Assembly (NCBI GenBank): GCA_016618085.1
Contig: JABLTG010000021.1
Span: 62,001-126,000 of the forward strand
Direction: 5' to 3'
Length of the DNA: 64,000 bases
DNA from: Neovahlkampfia damariscottae
Taxonomy: Eukaryota
The notes under the pieces are model-generated. The model was not told where the DNA came from and did no database searches. It worked only from the letters and a program-made list of their open reading frames with translations. This document shows positions 36,506 through 49,103 of the stretch, piece after piece. The position numbers and the translations under genes are program-made. The number at the start of each line of letters is the position of its first letter. Position 1 is the stretch's first letter.

Positions 36506-38101
36506 ATGGATACAAACTCACAAGATTTCCAAGATGTTCTGGCTATGGGTTTTGATAAAAATCTCGTGATAAATGCATTTTCAATCCATAAAACTAAAGA
36601 AGACGCTGTGAATTGGTTACTACTCTCAGAACAAGGAATGACCAAAGAAGATTTAGTGGAATTAAAAGAAGCAAATGAAGTCATTATTGAAGTCACTTCA
36701 AATCAAGAAAATCCTGAAAAAAGAATAAAACAACAAGAAAATTCAGTTGAAGACATTCCAACAGATGTTTGGTTGAAAGAAATTTTAGGATATTCATCTA
36801 TTGATGATATGGTTGCATTATCAGAAGTAAACAAAAATTTCAACCAAATTGCTTGTAAATTTTTTTTTTTTTTTACAGTTCTTAAAATAGCAAGTGATTT
36901 TTTTTGGAAACCAATCATTGAAAATCAACATCAAAATAACAAGTTTTCCGAATATATTAAAGATGTAAATTTAGAAATATTTAAATATTTCAATTATCAA
37001 CCTTTTAATTATACAAAAATTAAAAATGAAAATCTTTTAGATTCAGATTATGAACTTGGAACATCGAATTATAAAACTGAATATTCAAATTTTAGAAAAC
37101 ATCAACAAATGTCAAATGTCACACAAGAAGGAAAATATAGAAATTATGACTGGGAATCTTACGTAAATCGAACAAATTTAGAAATTGGATTTGGTGTAAC
37201 TTGGTTGGCGTATTTGTTGAGCCTGACATTGGCTGTTTTTATTTTAGGAATAACAGTTCCTTTGAATTTAGATTCTATTATACCAAAAGAAGGTTTCTGG
37301 TTTTTGTTCAATTGGATTCCAATTATGCTTTTTGCGATTATTTATGTTGTGATTTTTGCTTTGAATTCATTTGCCGGAAAATATATTCCATTTTTTTCAC
37401 AGAATCAATGTTTGAATTTAGATACTCCATTATACACCGTAGCTGTATCATATCATTTTTCATTCTTACCTTTTTTTGTTTTTTCAATTGGAATCAAACT
37501 CATAGCTTTAAACAATGTAAATTGTTGGACTTATTTAGTTGGAATTCCTACTGTAATTTTTGCTGCAATAACATTGATTAATTTAATTCCTTTTTACTAT
37601 AGATTATTTATATTTAGTGAAGGATATGTCAAATTAACATGGGCATCTACAGGAACATTGGTTGACATTGCAATTACATTTCTCACAATGAGTGCTGGGT
37701 TGATTCTGATCACATTGAATTTAGATGGATTCACAAAAATACCATGGTCATTAGCATTTATACCGTTTTATATCCCTGTTTTTGTATGGGCTATTTTTTA
37801 TCCTTATCAACTTTTTTTTGGTCTTGTTCTTGATGTTTCTGATTTAAGAGAAGATTGGCTTTCATTAATGTATGCGGGAACAATTGGGAGTTGTGTATCT
37901 GTTGCGTTATGTCTTTGTTCTATAATGTGGTGGGCAACATTTTTATTGGTTGGATTGAAATTAGATGGTATCATTCAAACTTGGTTTACCATTTGTTTTA
38001 TTCCATTTTATTCAATTTATTTCATCAGTATTGCCATTTTAACAACTATCTTTTGTTGTTTTGGATGTTTTTATTGGATATGTTTATCAGATGATTATTG
38101 A
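36506..38101 (+). CDS. UBA + F-box + multi-pass TMEM185-like membrane protein
   Basis: UBA (VLAMGFD..AVNWL), F-box (IPTDVWLKEIL..LSEVNK), repeated LxLDG...W...FIPF TM motif. Confidence 0.75.
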   Translation: MDTNSQDFQDVLAMGFDKNLVINAFSIHKTKEDAVNWLLLSEQGMTKEDLVELKEANEVIIEVTSNQENPEKRIKQQENSVEDIPTDVWLKEILGYSSIDDMVALSEVNKNFNQIACKFFFFFTVLKIASDFFWKPIIENQHQNNKFSEYIKDVNLEIFKYFNYQPFNYTKIKNENLLDSDYELGTSNYKTEYSNFRKHQQMSNVTQEGKYRNYDWESYVNRTNLEIGFGVTWLAYLLSLTLAVFILGITVPLNLDSIIPKEGFWFLFNWIPIMLFAIIYVVIFALNSFAGKYIPFFSQNQCLNLDTPLYTVAVSYHFSFLPFFVFSIGIKLIALNNVNCWTYLVGIPTVIFAAITLINLIPFYYRLFIFSEGYVKLTWASTGTLVDIAITFLTMSAGLILITLNLDGFTKIPWSLAFIPFYIPVFVWAIFYPYQLFFGLVLDVSDLREDWLSLMYAGTIGSCVSVALCLCSIMWWATFLLVGLKLDGIIQTWFTICFIPFYSIYFISIAILTTIFCCFGCFYWICLSDDY

Positions 38102-38122
38102 TTCAAAAAATAGAATGTATAT

Positions 38123-39930
38123 TTATTCTTCTAAAATTTCTTCTTCTTCATGTTGTGATAAATTTCCAAATAATTGTTTGATTACATCATCATCATCATT
38201 TTCTTTTTTGATAACGTAAAATTGAGTGAATTCTTCTTTTTTAGGTTCTTTGAATTTCTTTACAAAAATATCAAACATATTTTCATCATCTTTTACTCCA
38301 GATACATATCCAGTTAATGATCGATCTTTTGATGATGTTTTTCTTTCTTCTTCTCTTTTTTTCAAAGTTTCCATTGGTACATCAAAATAGATTCCAATTA
38401 TTTTTTCAACACCTTCTTCTTTTGCTATTTTAATCCAGTCACCTCTTTCTTTTTCATCATGATTCACTTCATCAATGATAACAGATTTTCTTTTTTTCAA
38501 ACTTTCACGAGCATGTTTGAGACAAATATCTTTTGATTTTGAATGAGTCAAATTGGATGAAATATGAACTTTCTTTTTGGATTTAATTTGGTTTGCAAAT
38601 CTAGTTTTTCCTGAAGAAGGTAAACCAATTAAAATGATCATCATTCTTTTATCTTCTGGAAGTTTCATCTGCTTTGGTTTTAAAATGCATTCAACATAAT
38701 ATTTAACAGTATCACCAAATTTACTCCATTCTTTGTCTCTCATATCCATTTCTTCTCTCAAATTTTCGTAAGTAAAATCCAATTCTCTAACAACCACTTT
38801 CTCAACAGCTTCTTTGACTCTTCCTTCCATTTGTTGATCAAATGTTCCCCAATGAACTTCCTCAATATCTTTAGGTTTGATTTTATACATTGTTCTTTTC
38901 AATATGAAACCTTTTTCGTCTAATGCATAAAGTACTTTTCCTTCAACAATAAAATGATCATGTTCGTAACGATGTTGCAGATTTTTTTCTTTTCTATATT
39001 TTTCATTAGCCTCTAAATCTCTCTTTTGACATTCCATACAATCTTTAACCAATTTTTCTTGATCATATTCTATTGGACCGTAAATATACTCTTTATCAAT
39101 TTCTTCGATGATTGGAGCAATTTCACCATTGACCGTTTGGTAGAATAATGGTTGCAACTTAATATCAAAGTTATAATGAACTAAATGAGGTTCTTTTTGT
39201 CCACATAATTCAAATGACATTGATTGAATGTTTTTGTCATTTGCCAATTTTTTGATAAAAAAATTTGGTGGTGAATTAAAAAGATCAACTTTAGGTATTA
39301 AAAATCCTAATTGATCTCTAAATAATCCATCTGAATTTTCTTTTTCTTTTTTAGCAACCAATTTTTTATCCAATGAAAGCAATGATAAATTTAAAAAATG
39401 TCCGTACTCTGTATTCGCTAAAAAAGCAGTACCTTTTGATTTAGCTGATATGAACCCCTTTCCATTCTTATCAAAATACTTGTAAAAAAGAACATTCATT
39501 CCATTCCATTTGTTCATAATATAATAATTCTCACATCCTTTGAATGATTTGTACTCATAATTATCAAAATCTTGGTAAGGATAACTTAATTTTGGTGTTC
39601 CATAAATAAGTTGAAAATCTTCTAAAATTTCTTCATTGATATGTGTGATGATGAAGGAACCACCCATTTTACCTTTTTCACTTTTTTTTTTATTTTATTT
39701 TATTTTTTTTTACCTTCTTGAGATATAACCAGAGAGTATGTTTTGAGGATTAAAAGGGTCTTGCTTTGTAAAAACAGTCGCATTTTTGTGGTCAGTCTCT
39801 AAGATTTTGAATATTCTGTTGGTCAGTGTTTTTGTTGTTAAATTTACTTTCTTTGAGTTTTGTTGTTAAACTTTGGTTTTTTGAGTTTTTTTTGTTCTGG
39901 CATGGTCTTTGGGTTTGTTTGTGAAGACAT
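38123..39930 (-). CDS. ATP-dependent RNA ligase-like domain fused to a polynucleotide-kinase-like P-loop domain, 3 exons
   Basis: Ligase motifs KWNG, FELCG, EGKV, YKIK; kinase GLPSSGKT, SVIIDEVN, RxxxR lid. Confidence 0.75.
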
Positions 39931-40145
39931 GTGAAAGAAATGATTGGTCTATTTCAGTTTGTTCTTTTATTGTGGTATCCGTATCATAAACCAACGAATT
40001 AAGTAGAATAAATGAACAGAATAATTTTCTCAAATACATCATTTTATTTTTATTTTTTGGCTGGAGATATTTTTATTGGTTTGATCAAACCAATAAGAGT
40101 CTACCGCTTCGCGCCAAAACCTCAACCACAACAAGACAACGAACG

Positions 40146-43100
40146 ATGTACATCAAAGAAATAATTATCGATGGATTCAAGTCTTACTCATCTAGAACCA
40201 CATTAACCGGCTTTGATCCATCATTTAATGCGATAACAGGTTTAAATGGAACAGGAAAATCAAACATCTTAGATTCTATTTGTTTTGTGCTCGGAATTTC
40301 AGAATTAAAGCAAGTAAGAGTCAGTAAACTTCAAGAACTTGTATATAAACAAGGTCAAGCTGGAGTTACAAAGGCATCAGTTACCATCGTCTTTGATAAT
40401 CATGACAGAGAAAAAAGTCCAATTGGTTATGAAGACTATTCACAAATTACAGTCACAAGAATTGTAAATAAAAAAAAAATTAAAAAGAAAAAACATCTAG
40501 ATTGCCCTTGGTGGAAGAAACAAATATTTAATTAATGGACAAAATGCACAGTTAAGTCGCGTGCAAAATTTATTCCATTCAGTTCAACTCAACGTCAATA
40601 ATCCACACTTCCTTATTATGCAAGGTAGAATTACAAAAGTATTAAACATGAAACCACCTGAAATTCTTGGTATGATTGAAGAAGCAGCTGGTACACGTAT
40701 GTTTGAAACAAAAAAACAAAATGCTTTAAAAACAATTGAAAAAAAAGAATCAAAGTTGAAAGAAATTGATAATGTAAGTGTTTTTTTGTTTTTTTATTTA
40801 TCAAATAGATTTTGAATGAAGATATCACACCAACTCTTGAGAAATTAGAAAAACAAAGAGAGTCTTATTTAAAATGGTCACAAAATGAAGATGAATGTGA
40901 AACACTTCGTCGTTTTTGTATTGCTTATCAATTCTATGAACAATATACCAAATACAAAGCTGGTGATGAAGGTATTCAAGATTTAGAAGATAGAATCAAT
41001 CAATTAAAAGATGATTGTAAAACAAATCAAACAAACATCCAAAGTCTTGATGAACAAATTTCAGAATTGAAAAATCAAAAACAAACAGTAAGAAGAAGAA
41101 TATATTAAACAAAAAAAAAAAAGGGTTCTGAATTCAAAGGTTTAGAAAAACAAGTTACAGAGTTATCTAAAGTTGTTGTCAAACAATCTTCTGCTTACCA
41201 ACATAAAAAGGAAGAATTTGTTTCTGAACAAAAAGAATTGGAGACATTAAAACAAAGTTTACAAGAAGCTCAAAATTCTTTAAATCAATTTACTGAAGAT
41301 GAAGAAAAATCAACTTCAGAATTGGAATTAAAAAGAAAAGAGTTTGATGAATTATCAACTTGTTTGACAAACTCTTCAAATCAATTACATTCAATTAATG
41401 CTGGTATTGCTTCAAGTGGTTCAGGAAAAACACTTACAGAACAACTAATGGAATTCAGAAAAATAGCTGTTACTGCTTCAACTGAAATTAAACAATCATC
41501 ACTCAATATTACTCATCTCACAAAAGAACTTGAACAAAAAAGAAATTCTCTTTCACATGTTGGTAATGAACATGAAAAACTTGAAAAGAAATACCAAAAG
41601 AGTTTAGAAGAGTTAAAAAGAATTGAAGAATCAATTAGAAACTCAAATTATGATGAAAAGAAATTTAAAGATAAAATTCAAGAAAAAGAAAAATTGGAAC
41701 ATCAAATCTCAACTTTAAAAGATGAAATTTATTCATTATCTTCAAAATTATCACGCTTTGATTTTAATTACAGAGAACCTGAAAAGAATTTTGATAAATC
41801 AAAAGTTAAAGGAAAAGTTGGTTCACTTTTTGAAATGAAAAAAGATGGTATATCTCGTGCTTTAGAAGTTGCTGCAGGTGCTAAATTATATAACGTTGTT
41901 GTTCATGATGAAACTACAGGTGCCAAATTAATTGAAAAGAAATCATTAAATGAAAGAGTTTCATTCATTCCACTTAACAAAATTCAAGCGGATGTAATTC
42001 CTTCACAAGTTTGTCATAAAGCAAAACAAATTGCTGGAAACAAAAATGCCGATTTATCTTTGTCATTGATAGATTATCCATCTGATATTCAAAAAGCTAT
42101 GGAATACGTTTTTGGAAACACAATTATTTGTGATACTTTAGATGTAGCTGAAAAAGTTGCTTTTCATGATGGAATTAAAAAAAAAACAGTCACTTTAGAA
42201 GGAGATGTATTTGATCCAAATGGTTCATTAACAGGAGGTTCAAGAGGTAATTCAGCATCTGCTCTTGAAAGTTTAGAAGTTTTGAAAACAAAAAGAAAAG
42301 AAATACAAACACTTCAAAACAAGTTAAATAATATCCTTGCTTCTATTGAAACTATGCAACAAATGAGAGTAGAGTATCAAAAATTAAATTCAGAACTTGT
42401 AATGAAAAAACATGAATGTGAAATTTTAAATTCAAGTATTAAAGAAGGAAAACATAATCAATTGATTGAAGAATGTGAAACTATTGAAAAAGATATTCAA
42501 AATGAAAAAGAAAAAATGAAAAAAGCAGAAGAATTAAAGAAAGAAAAAGAGACAAGTTGTAAACAAATTGAACATGATATGAGTCATTTTACAGATCACA
42601 AAGATGCTCAAATTAAACAAATTGAAAGAGAAATTGAATCATTGAAGAAGAAGATTTCAAAGAGCAAAGATGTTGTTCAACAAAAAGAAATAAATTTTGA
42701 AAAAATTAAAGTTCAAATTGAAGATTCAAAAGGAGAAATGAAAGATATTGAAAATCAAATTTCAAAAAAACAATCAAATATTACAACAATATCAAAAGAA
42801 CTTGTGAAACTTGAAAAAATGGTTCAAGCAAAAAAATCAGAATATGAATCACTCAAAGAGGAATTAGATGCTAAAAATGCTTCTTTATATGAAACTGAGA
42901 ATCAAATTGTACGTTTAGAAGAAGAAAAAAAAGATATTGAAGAATTGACAAAAAGTAATTATTTAGAAATCAAAAAACTTGATCATAAAATAAAGAGAGA
43001 TACAAAAGATCTTGAAAATGCAAGGGATCACATTGAAAAAGCACAAAAAGATCATGACTGGATTAGAGTTGAAAAAGAGAAATTTGGAAAAACAGGAACA

Positions 43101-43889
43101 GAATTTGACTTTAAAAAATATGATCCTGTTAAGATTCAAAAGAAATTGACTGATCTTCAAGCACAACAACAACAATTGAATAAAACTGTAAACAAAAAAG
43201 TACTTTCAATGTTTGAAAGAGCACAACAAGAATACAAAGATTTACTTTCAAAAAAGAAAATTGTTGAACAAGATAAAGATAAAATTGAACAAGTTATTAA
43301 AGAAGTTGATGAAAAAAAGAATGAAGCAATTGTCAAAACTTGGGAAAAAGTCAACAAAGATTTTGGTTCTATTTTCTCAACTCTTTTACCAGGCACTAAC
43401 GCAAAATTAGATCCAATGGAAGGTCATGAAGTTACAGATGGATTGGAAGTTAAAGTTGCATTTGGATCTGTTTGGAAAGAAAGTTTAACAGAACTTTCAG
43501 GAGGACAAAGATCATTATTAGCTCTTTCTTTGATTCTTTCTTTATTATTGTTTAAACCTGCTCCTATGTATATTCTTGATGAAATTGATGCTGCTTTGGA
43601 TCCATCACATACACAAAATATTGGAAGAATGTTGAAGACACATTTCTCAAATTCACAATTTTTAGTTGTTTCATTGAAAGAAGGAATGTTTTCAAATGCA
43701 AATGTAATTTTTAAAACAAAATTTGTTAATGGTCAATCTGCTGTTATTCGAACAGTTCCTGATAAATCAAAGATATCACAAGAGAAAGAGAATCAAGTGC
43801 AACCATCAAAACAAATTGAATCATCTTCAACATTGAATACAAAAAAAAGAAAAAGAAATGTTGCAAGAGTTGATGAAGAAGAAGAATAA
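40146..43889 (+). CDS. SMC2: Condensin subunit SMC2, 4 exons
   Basis: [17 protein letters not shown], hinge [23 protein letters not shown]. Confidence 0.98.
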
Positions 43890-43893
43890 ATAT

Positions 43894-44863
43894 TTATTTT
43901 AATTCCCAATCAAAATAATTCATTTCATCAATTGGACTAATAATGATATCAAAATCTTTTGGCAATGCAAGTTTGAAATCATTAGTTTGACTATTTTGTA
44001 GTCGCAAATTTACAGGTTGTGGTGTTTGTGGTTCTTTTGGAAGAATTTTTTTGAATTTTATTTCTTCAACTTTTCTCTTTTTATTTGGTGGAAAAAGATC
44101 ATATTTTATAGTTTCAATTTCTTTAATTGTTGTAAGGTCTTCTTTACTTTTCCAAACATAACTTGATGTTTTTCCTGTTGAATTAGATTTCTCAATCAAT
44201 TGGATTTGTGAAACAACTCTAACAATATCAAGAATTCTACGCATCATATCTGAATTGAATGTTTAAAATAAAGATAAATTTTACTGTTTGTTGAATCAAA
44301 ATCTCTTCCTGGAAAAAAAATTGAAAAAAATTCAATTTGTTTGATTTCTGTTCTTTTGGAAAGCAAAAAAACTTGAATAAATATTTTTGCAATTTCAACT
44401 AAGCCTATCTTTTCTAATGGTTTTTGTACAGGAGTTTCTGTTGTTTCTTCTTCTGGATTTAAATTCTCTTTGCATGTGAAAACTGAGTTTATTCGTTCTT
44501 TTAAAGTTTCATTTTGAGATGCCTCAGTCTGAAATCAGGGAATTAGATTTATTATGACTTACTTTCAGTTTTGATAAGCTTTGAGAAATATTTTTTTCTC
44601 CATTGTATTGATAAATCCCAGGTGATATTTTTGAAAAGTATCCAACAACTGTCAACACATTTAGAATATCATAAATTCTTCTTCTTTCAAGGTCTGTTTA
44701 ATTAAAATTTAATTTTGATTTGAGAACCTAATTTTTGTGTCATCTTTGCTAATAAGAATCTCTCGTTTACTTTGTACTTAGATACTTCTTCAATTAGTTT
44801 TGAGCATTGTATAGCAAGGCCATTTTCTGTTTTTTTCTTTTTTGGATTCAATTCCTTGAACAT
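43894..44863 (-). CDS. Atypical E2F (E2F7/8, DEL-like) with two DNA-binding domains
   Basis: ERRRIYDILNVL in an upstream exon and MRRILDIVRV in the last exon. Confidence 0.7.
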
Positions 44864-44983
44864 AGTTGACCAGCCGTCAAGTTTTGTAGCTCAAGAATTT
44901 GAGCGGGAAATGTTGATGAAATGATTGGTTAATAATTGACCTATTATCAGCATTTTTAATTTCCTCAACTTGACGTCATCAAA

Positions 44984-47333
44984 ATGAATACAAGAACAAA
45001 AATTTCTTATATTCTACCATATGATGATGGTAATTATCACCGTTTTGGTATAAATAAATTGCTTTTTGATGATACAACAAAAAGTTTATTCTCAGCCGGA
45101 AGAGATGGCACAATAAAACTTTGGTCAGTCGAAAATATGGAAGAAAAACCAAAACCAATAATAAATATACAAGCACATTTTGACTGGATAAATGATTTTA
45201 TTCTTCACAACAATGAAATTTGTATAAACAAAAAACATAATTTTTAATTTTTTTTTTTTTAAATAGTAATAAGTTGTTCAAGTGACAATACTGTAAAACT
45301 ATGGGATAAAGAAGGAAATAATATTCATTCTATACGGTAATTTTAAATTTTTTATTTTAACTCTTTTCACAAAGTGCACATCTAGATTATGCAAAATGTT
45401 TAGCTTCAAGTTCAACTGAAAATAAATTTGTCTCAGGAGGTCTTGATAACTCAATTTATTTATGGGATATTGAAAAATCAAAAACAATCTTAAAAACAAC
45501 AGATTATTTTCCAGCTGAAATACCATCAAAACGATCAGTATATTCAATTGCTATGAGCGAGGATGCAAATATTATTGCTACTGCTTCTTCAGATCGTTTT
45601 ATTAGAATATTTGATACTAGAATTAGTCTCAAAAAGAAAATTTCAAAACTGAGAGGACACTCAGATAACATTCGAAGTTTGTTAATGACAAAAGATGGAA
45701 AAACTGTATGATTTTCTGGTTCATTTTTAAATATTTTAGATTATATCAGGAGGATCTGATAATTTGATTAAAGTATGGGATGTTTCTCAAGAGAAAAGTT
45801 TCAAGACATTTTCTGAACACGATGATTCAATCTTCACACTTTCATTTGAAGATGATTTGTCAGAAGATAAATTTTTATCAGGAGGTAAAGATGGAAAAGT
45901 AGTTCATTATGATTTAACAAAAAATCAATATTCTGAACTTTTGACTTCGAAATATCCAATTTTATCTGTTGCAAATGTCAATCACCAATCATTATTCGTT
46001 TCAACGACAAAATGTGATATTACAATGTGGGACTTTGATTTATCAGAACAATCACCTTTGTCTTCAAGAACTCAAAGCTTTTCTACATCTCCAATTGGCA
46101 CCAAAAAATCAACATTTGATAAAAGAAAGTTTTCTCAAATGAGACCAAAGAAAACCATCAAAGGAGCTCCTGGAATTCATAAATACTATTTATTGAACGA
46201 TAAAATTCATGTACTTGCAGAAGACAATGAAAAAATTCTAACCAAATGGAATATCACTACAGTAAAAAAAATGAAAATATCAAATTAACTTTTTAAGGGT
46301 AAATTAGAAGAGAATTATGGTATTTATGATATTGAAAAAAAATATAAAGAGTTAGAAGAAATGACTCATGTTCAAAATTGGGTTTCTTGTGATACCAAAT
46401 TAGGATGTTTAGATGTTGTTTTAGAACCTCCAAAATGTTTTAACGGTGAAGTATATGCAATTGAAGCAGGATTTACAGAATCAGGTCTTGATGATAAAGT
46501 AAATTATGGACAAATGATTATCAAAAATATTTTCAAAAATTGGTATGAAAATAAATATCCACTAGAAGAAGAAAAAAAAGAAACTGAAGAAGAAAAACAA
46601 AAAGAGATTGAATTCAAAAAATCATTGAAAAAGGAAGAGTTGAAGCAATATGAACTTCATTTGAAGAGAAAAGAAGATTTAAGAAAATTTGAAATTAGAA
46701 GAAGGAAAATTGATGATTATGTGAAATTCACATTGCCTGAAGAAACATTGGTGATTATACATCATGAGAATGACATGAACTTCCAATGTCCAATTTATAA
46801 ACGTATTAAAGATTTCAATGGAAAAGAAGCTCAAAATGAAATTCCAGATTGGGTCGAAGAATGTTTTAAAAAATCAGAATTAGAAGGATCTATATCTCAA
46901 AAGATTGCATTTATGGTCAATACCTATGATTCTAAACAATTACCTCCTTTCAAAAAAATGTATGTGAAAAAAAAAAATTTAACACAGTTTCTTTATTAGG
47001 GACAAATTGCATGCTCACAGAATTCTAAGAATACCAAAAGTTTGTTCCTTTGTTATATCTAATTTAAATTTAAAATTACCTTCAAAAGAAAATTTTGAAA
47101 GTTTCAAATTGGATTATCATCAAGAAAAAGATGAAGAATTGAGGTACAAAAAAACAGAAGCATTTTTGTCTTCAATCAAGAAAGATGAAGAAAATCAAGT
47201 GAAACCAGAAGAATATATTGAAATTTTATGTCGTGATAAAGTTGTAAATCCTGAATACAATTTAGGTGTAGTTTATTCATTCTACAGAGGGAACAATTCA
47301 ACAATTATTTTAAATTATAGATTAAAACTTTAA
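44984..47333 (+). CDS. WDR48: WD repeat protein 48/UAF1, multi-exon
   Basis: N-terminal KISYIL, LFSAGRDG, HFDWIND, KLRGHSDNIR, IKGAPGI, NWVSCDTKLG, EYIEILC. Confidence 0.9.
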
Positions 47334-48035
47334 TGATTTGAATAATAATTTCATGTATTTTTCATTTAAATCTAATGATTCATAAAAAATGCTTTCAAAA
47401 TCCAAGAACAAACCTGTCCCCAAAAATTTTTTATCAAAATTTGAAAGAATCAAAAGAAAAATGATGAAAATTTCTTCTTTTGAAATTTGAATGTTAAAAT
47501 TCAATAACTTTTCTATCTCTTCATCTAACACATCTGGGTACGATGAGTTGAGGTCTGAATAATACAAAATTGTTGCTTCTGATTGAATTTTGAACACGAA
47601 TTGACTTCTTTCAAATTTGTAGCACATTTCAAAGCAGTATATTTGATCATTTTTTGAGATTTCGAAGGTATTGAAAATATTATCTCCTTTTTTTTCAATG
47701 TTATCCAAAGAAATTTTTGTGAAAAAAAATTGTTCAAAGAAATTTTCGATTTTGTCTTTTGAAACTATCTCTTGAGAGAAAAGTTGTTTTATCTTCTTTT
47801 TTGTTTTTAAAATCTGAATATTATGTTCAAGCTTTTCCAAATCTCCAAATTCCAATGATGAGCATTTTTGAATTAATGAAAAAGTAGTTTTTGAGCTTAG
47901 AACTTGATGATTCATGCTTTCTTTTTTGAGTGCAATATTGTAAAATTTATTTGATATCAGAAGAACTTTCCCATACGTCTCTTTCTCATGAAAAGAAAAG
48001 ATAATTGAAACCACTTCGTCTGGTAAAGAAAGCAT
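47322..48035 (-). CDS. F-box-like protein
   Basis: MLSLPDEVVSIIFSF..ISNKF. Confidence 0.65.
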   Translation of the reverse strand: MLSLPDEVVSIIFSFHEKETYGKVLLISNKFYNIALKKESMNHQVLSSKTTFSLIQKCSSLEFGDLEKLEHNIQILKTKKKIKQLFSQEIVSKDKIENFFEQFFFTKISLDNIEKKGDNIFNTFEISKNDQIYCFEMCYKFERSQFVFKIQSEATILYYSDLNSSYPDVLDEEIEKLLNFNIQISKEEIFIIFLLILSNFDKKFLGTGLFLDFESIFYESLDLNEKYMKLLFKSLKF

Positions 48036-48079
48036 GAAGAAGAAATATAATTGGCTCAAATTTTATTGATTTTCTCAAG

Positions 48080-49045
48080 TTAAATGAAATTGAAATGGAT
48101 ATTCAGTAATGTTAAATTACTCAATAATTCATCTACTCTCAGTTCATTTTTAAATCTCATCAACAAAGTTCCATTGGAGTATTGAATGAAAACATTCCCA
48201 TTTTGTTGATCAATTTGAAAGCTATCTGCTTTTTTTGAAATTTGTTCCAACTTCAAAGTATATCCATTTGACATCAAAGAATACAAGTAAATACCGTCCT
48301 CACATCCTATCATATAATTCCCATATATAATAGGAGAAGTAATATTTGTGCAATTAAATTCCATCAAAGGAATAGAAGAATCAAATGAAAAAAGATATAT
48401 CTTATAATCACACACAATCCAAAATTCCAAAAGTGATTTTCGGTGAAAGTCCCAAAGAGAATCCAAATAACTTATGTTAAATGTTTTTAACAATTCATTC
48501 TTGTGTGATACCAAATAATAATGATCTTCTCCATACAGAATTTCTGTGTTGTGTATACTATAATCTGATGGATCCATTTTAACAATTTTTGATTCAAAAT
48601 CAAATTTTTCTACCTTGTTGTTTTTTATGTGATAGAATCTATCTGATTGGAAGACAATATCCTCATTAAATGTTTGTTTCCAAATTTCAGAATATTCTTC
48701 ATATATTGAAGGAACTTTTTGTAAAATTTCACCAGTTTCAATTCTTATAACTTTCATAAAATAAGTCAAGTGTCTTTTTGTTTTTTTTTGATAATCTTCG
48801 ACCCAGACTCCAATTTTTTCATCACTTAAGAAACAAAATTGAGAAATAGTTTCTTCATTTGTACTAAATATTGTCAATATCGGTTTTAATAGCCTTAAAT
48901 CAAAAATTATAACATCAGTAAAATTTAATGTGGCAATTAAATTTCCACTTTTTGATAAAACACCTTTTTTTATTTGATTTAGACGTTTGATGGATATCAA
49001 ATTTCTTTTTTCCAAAAACCTCTTTTCAACAGGTACTTCTCTCAT
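48080..49045 (-). CDS. Hypothetical beta-propeller-like protein
   Basis: 321-aa ORF, beta-strand-rich, WD-like DVIIFDL. Confidence 0.55.
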   Translation of the reverse strand: MREVPVEKRFLEKRNLISIKRLNQIKKGVLSKSGNLIATLNFTDVIIFDLRLLKPILTIFSTNEETISQFCFLSDEKIGVWVEDYQKKTKRHLTYFMKVIRIETGEILQKVPSIYEEYSEIWKQTFNEDIVFQSDRFYHIKNNKVEKFDFESKIVKMDPSDYSIHNTEILYGEDHYYLVSHKNELLKTFNISYLDSLWDFHRKSLLEFWIVCDYKIYLFSFDSSIPLMEFNCTNITSPIIYGNYMIGCEDGIYLYSLMSNGYTLKLEQISKKADSFQIDQQNGNVFIQYSNGTLLMRFKNELRVDELLSNLTLLNIHFNFI

Positions 49046-49103
49046 CTCTTACTGTTGATTTTTGATTGGTGAAAAAAAAGAAGGGTTCAATGGAAAAATG
49101 AAT

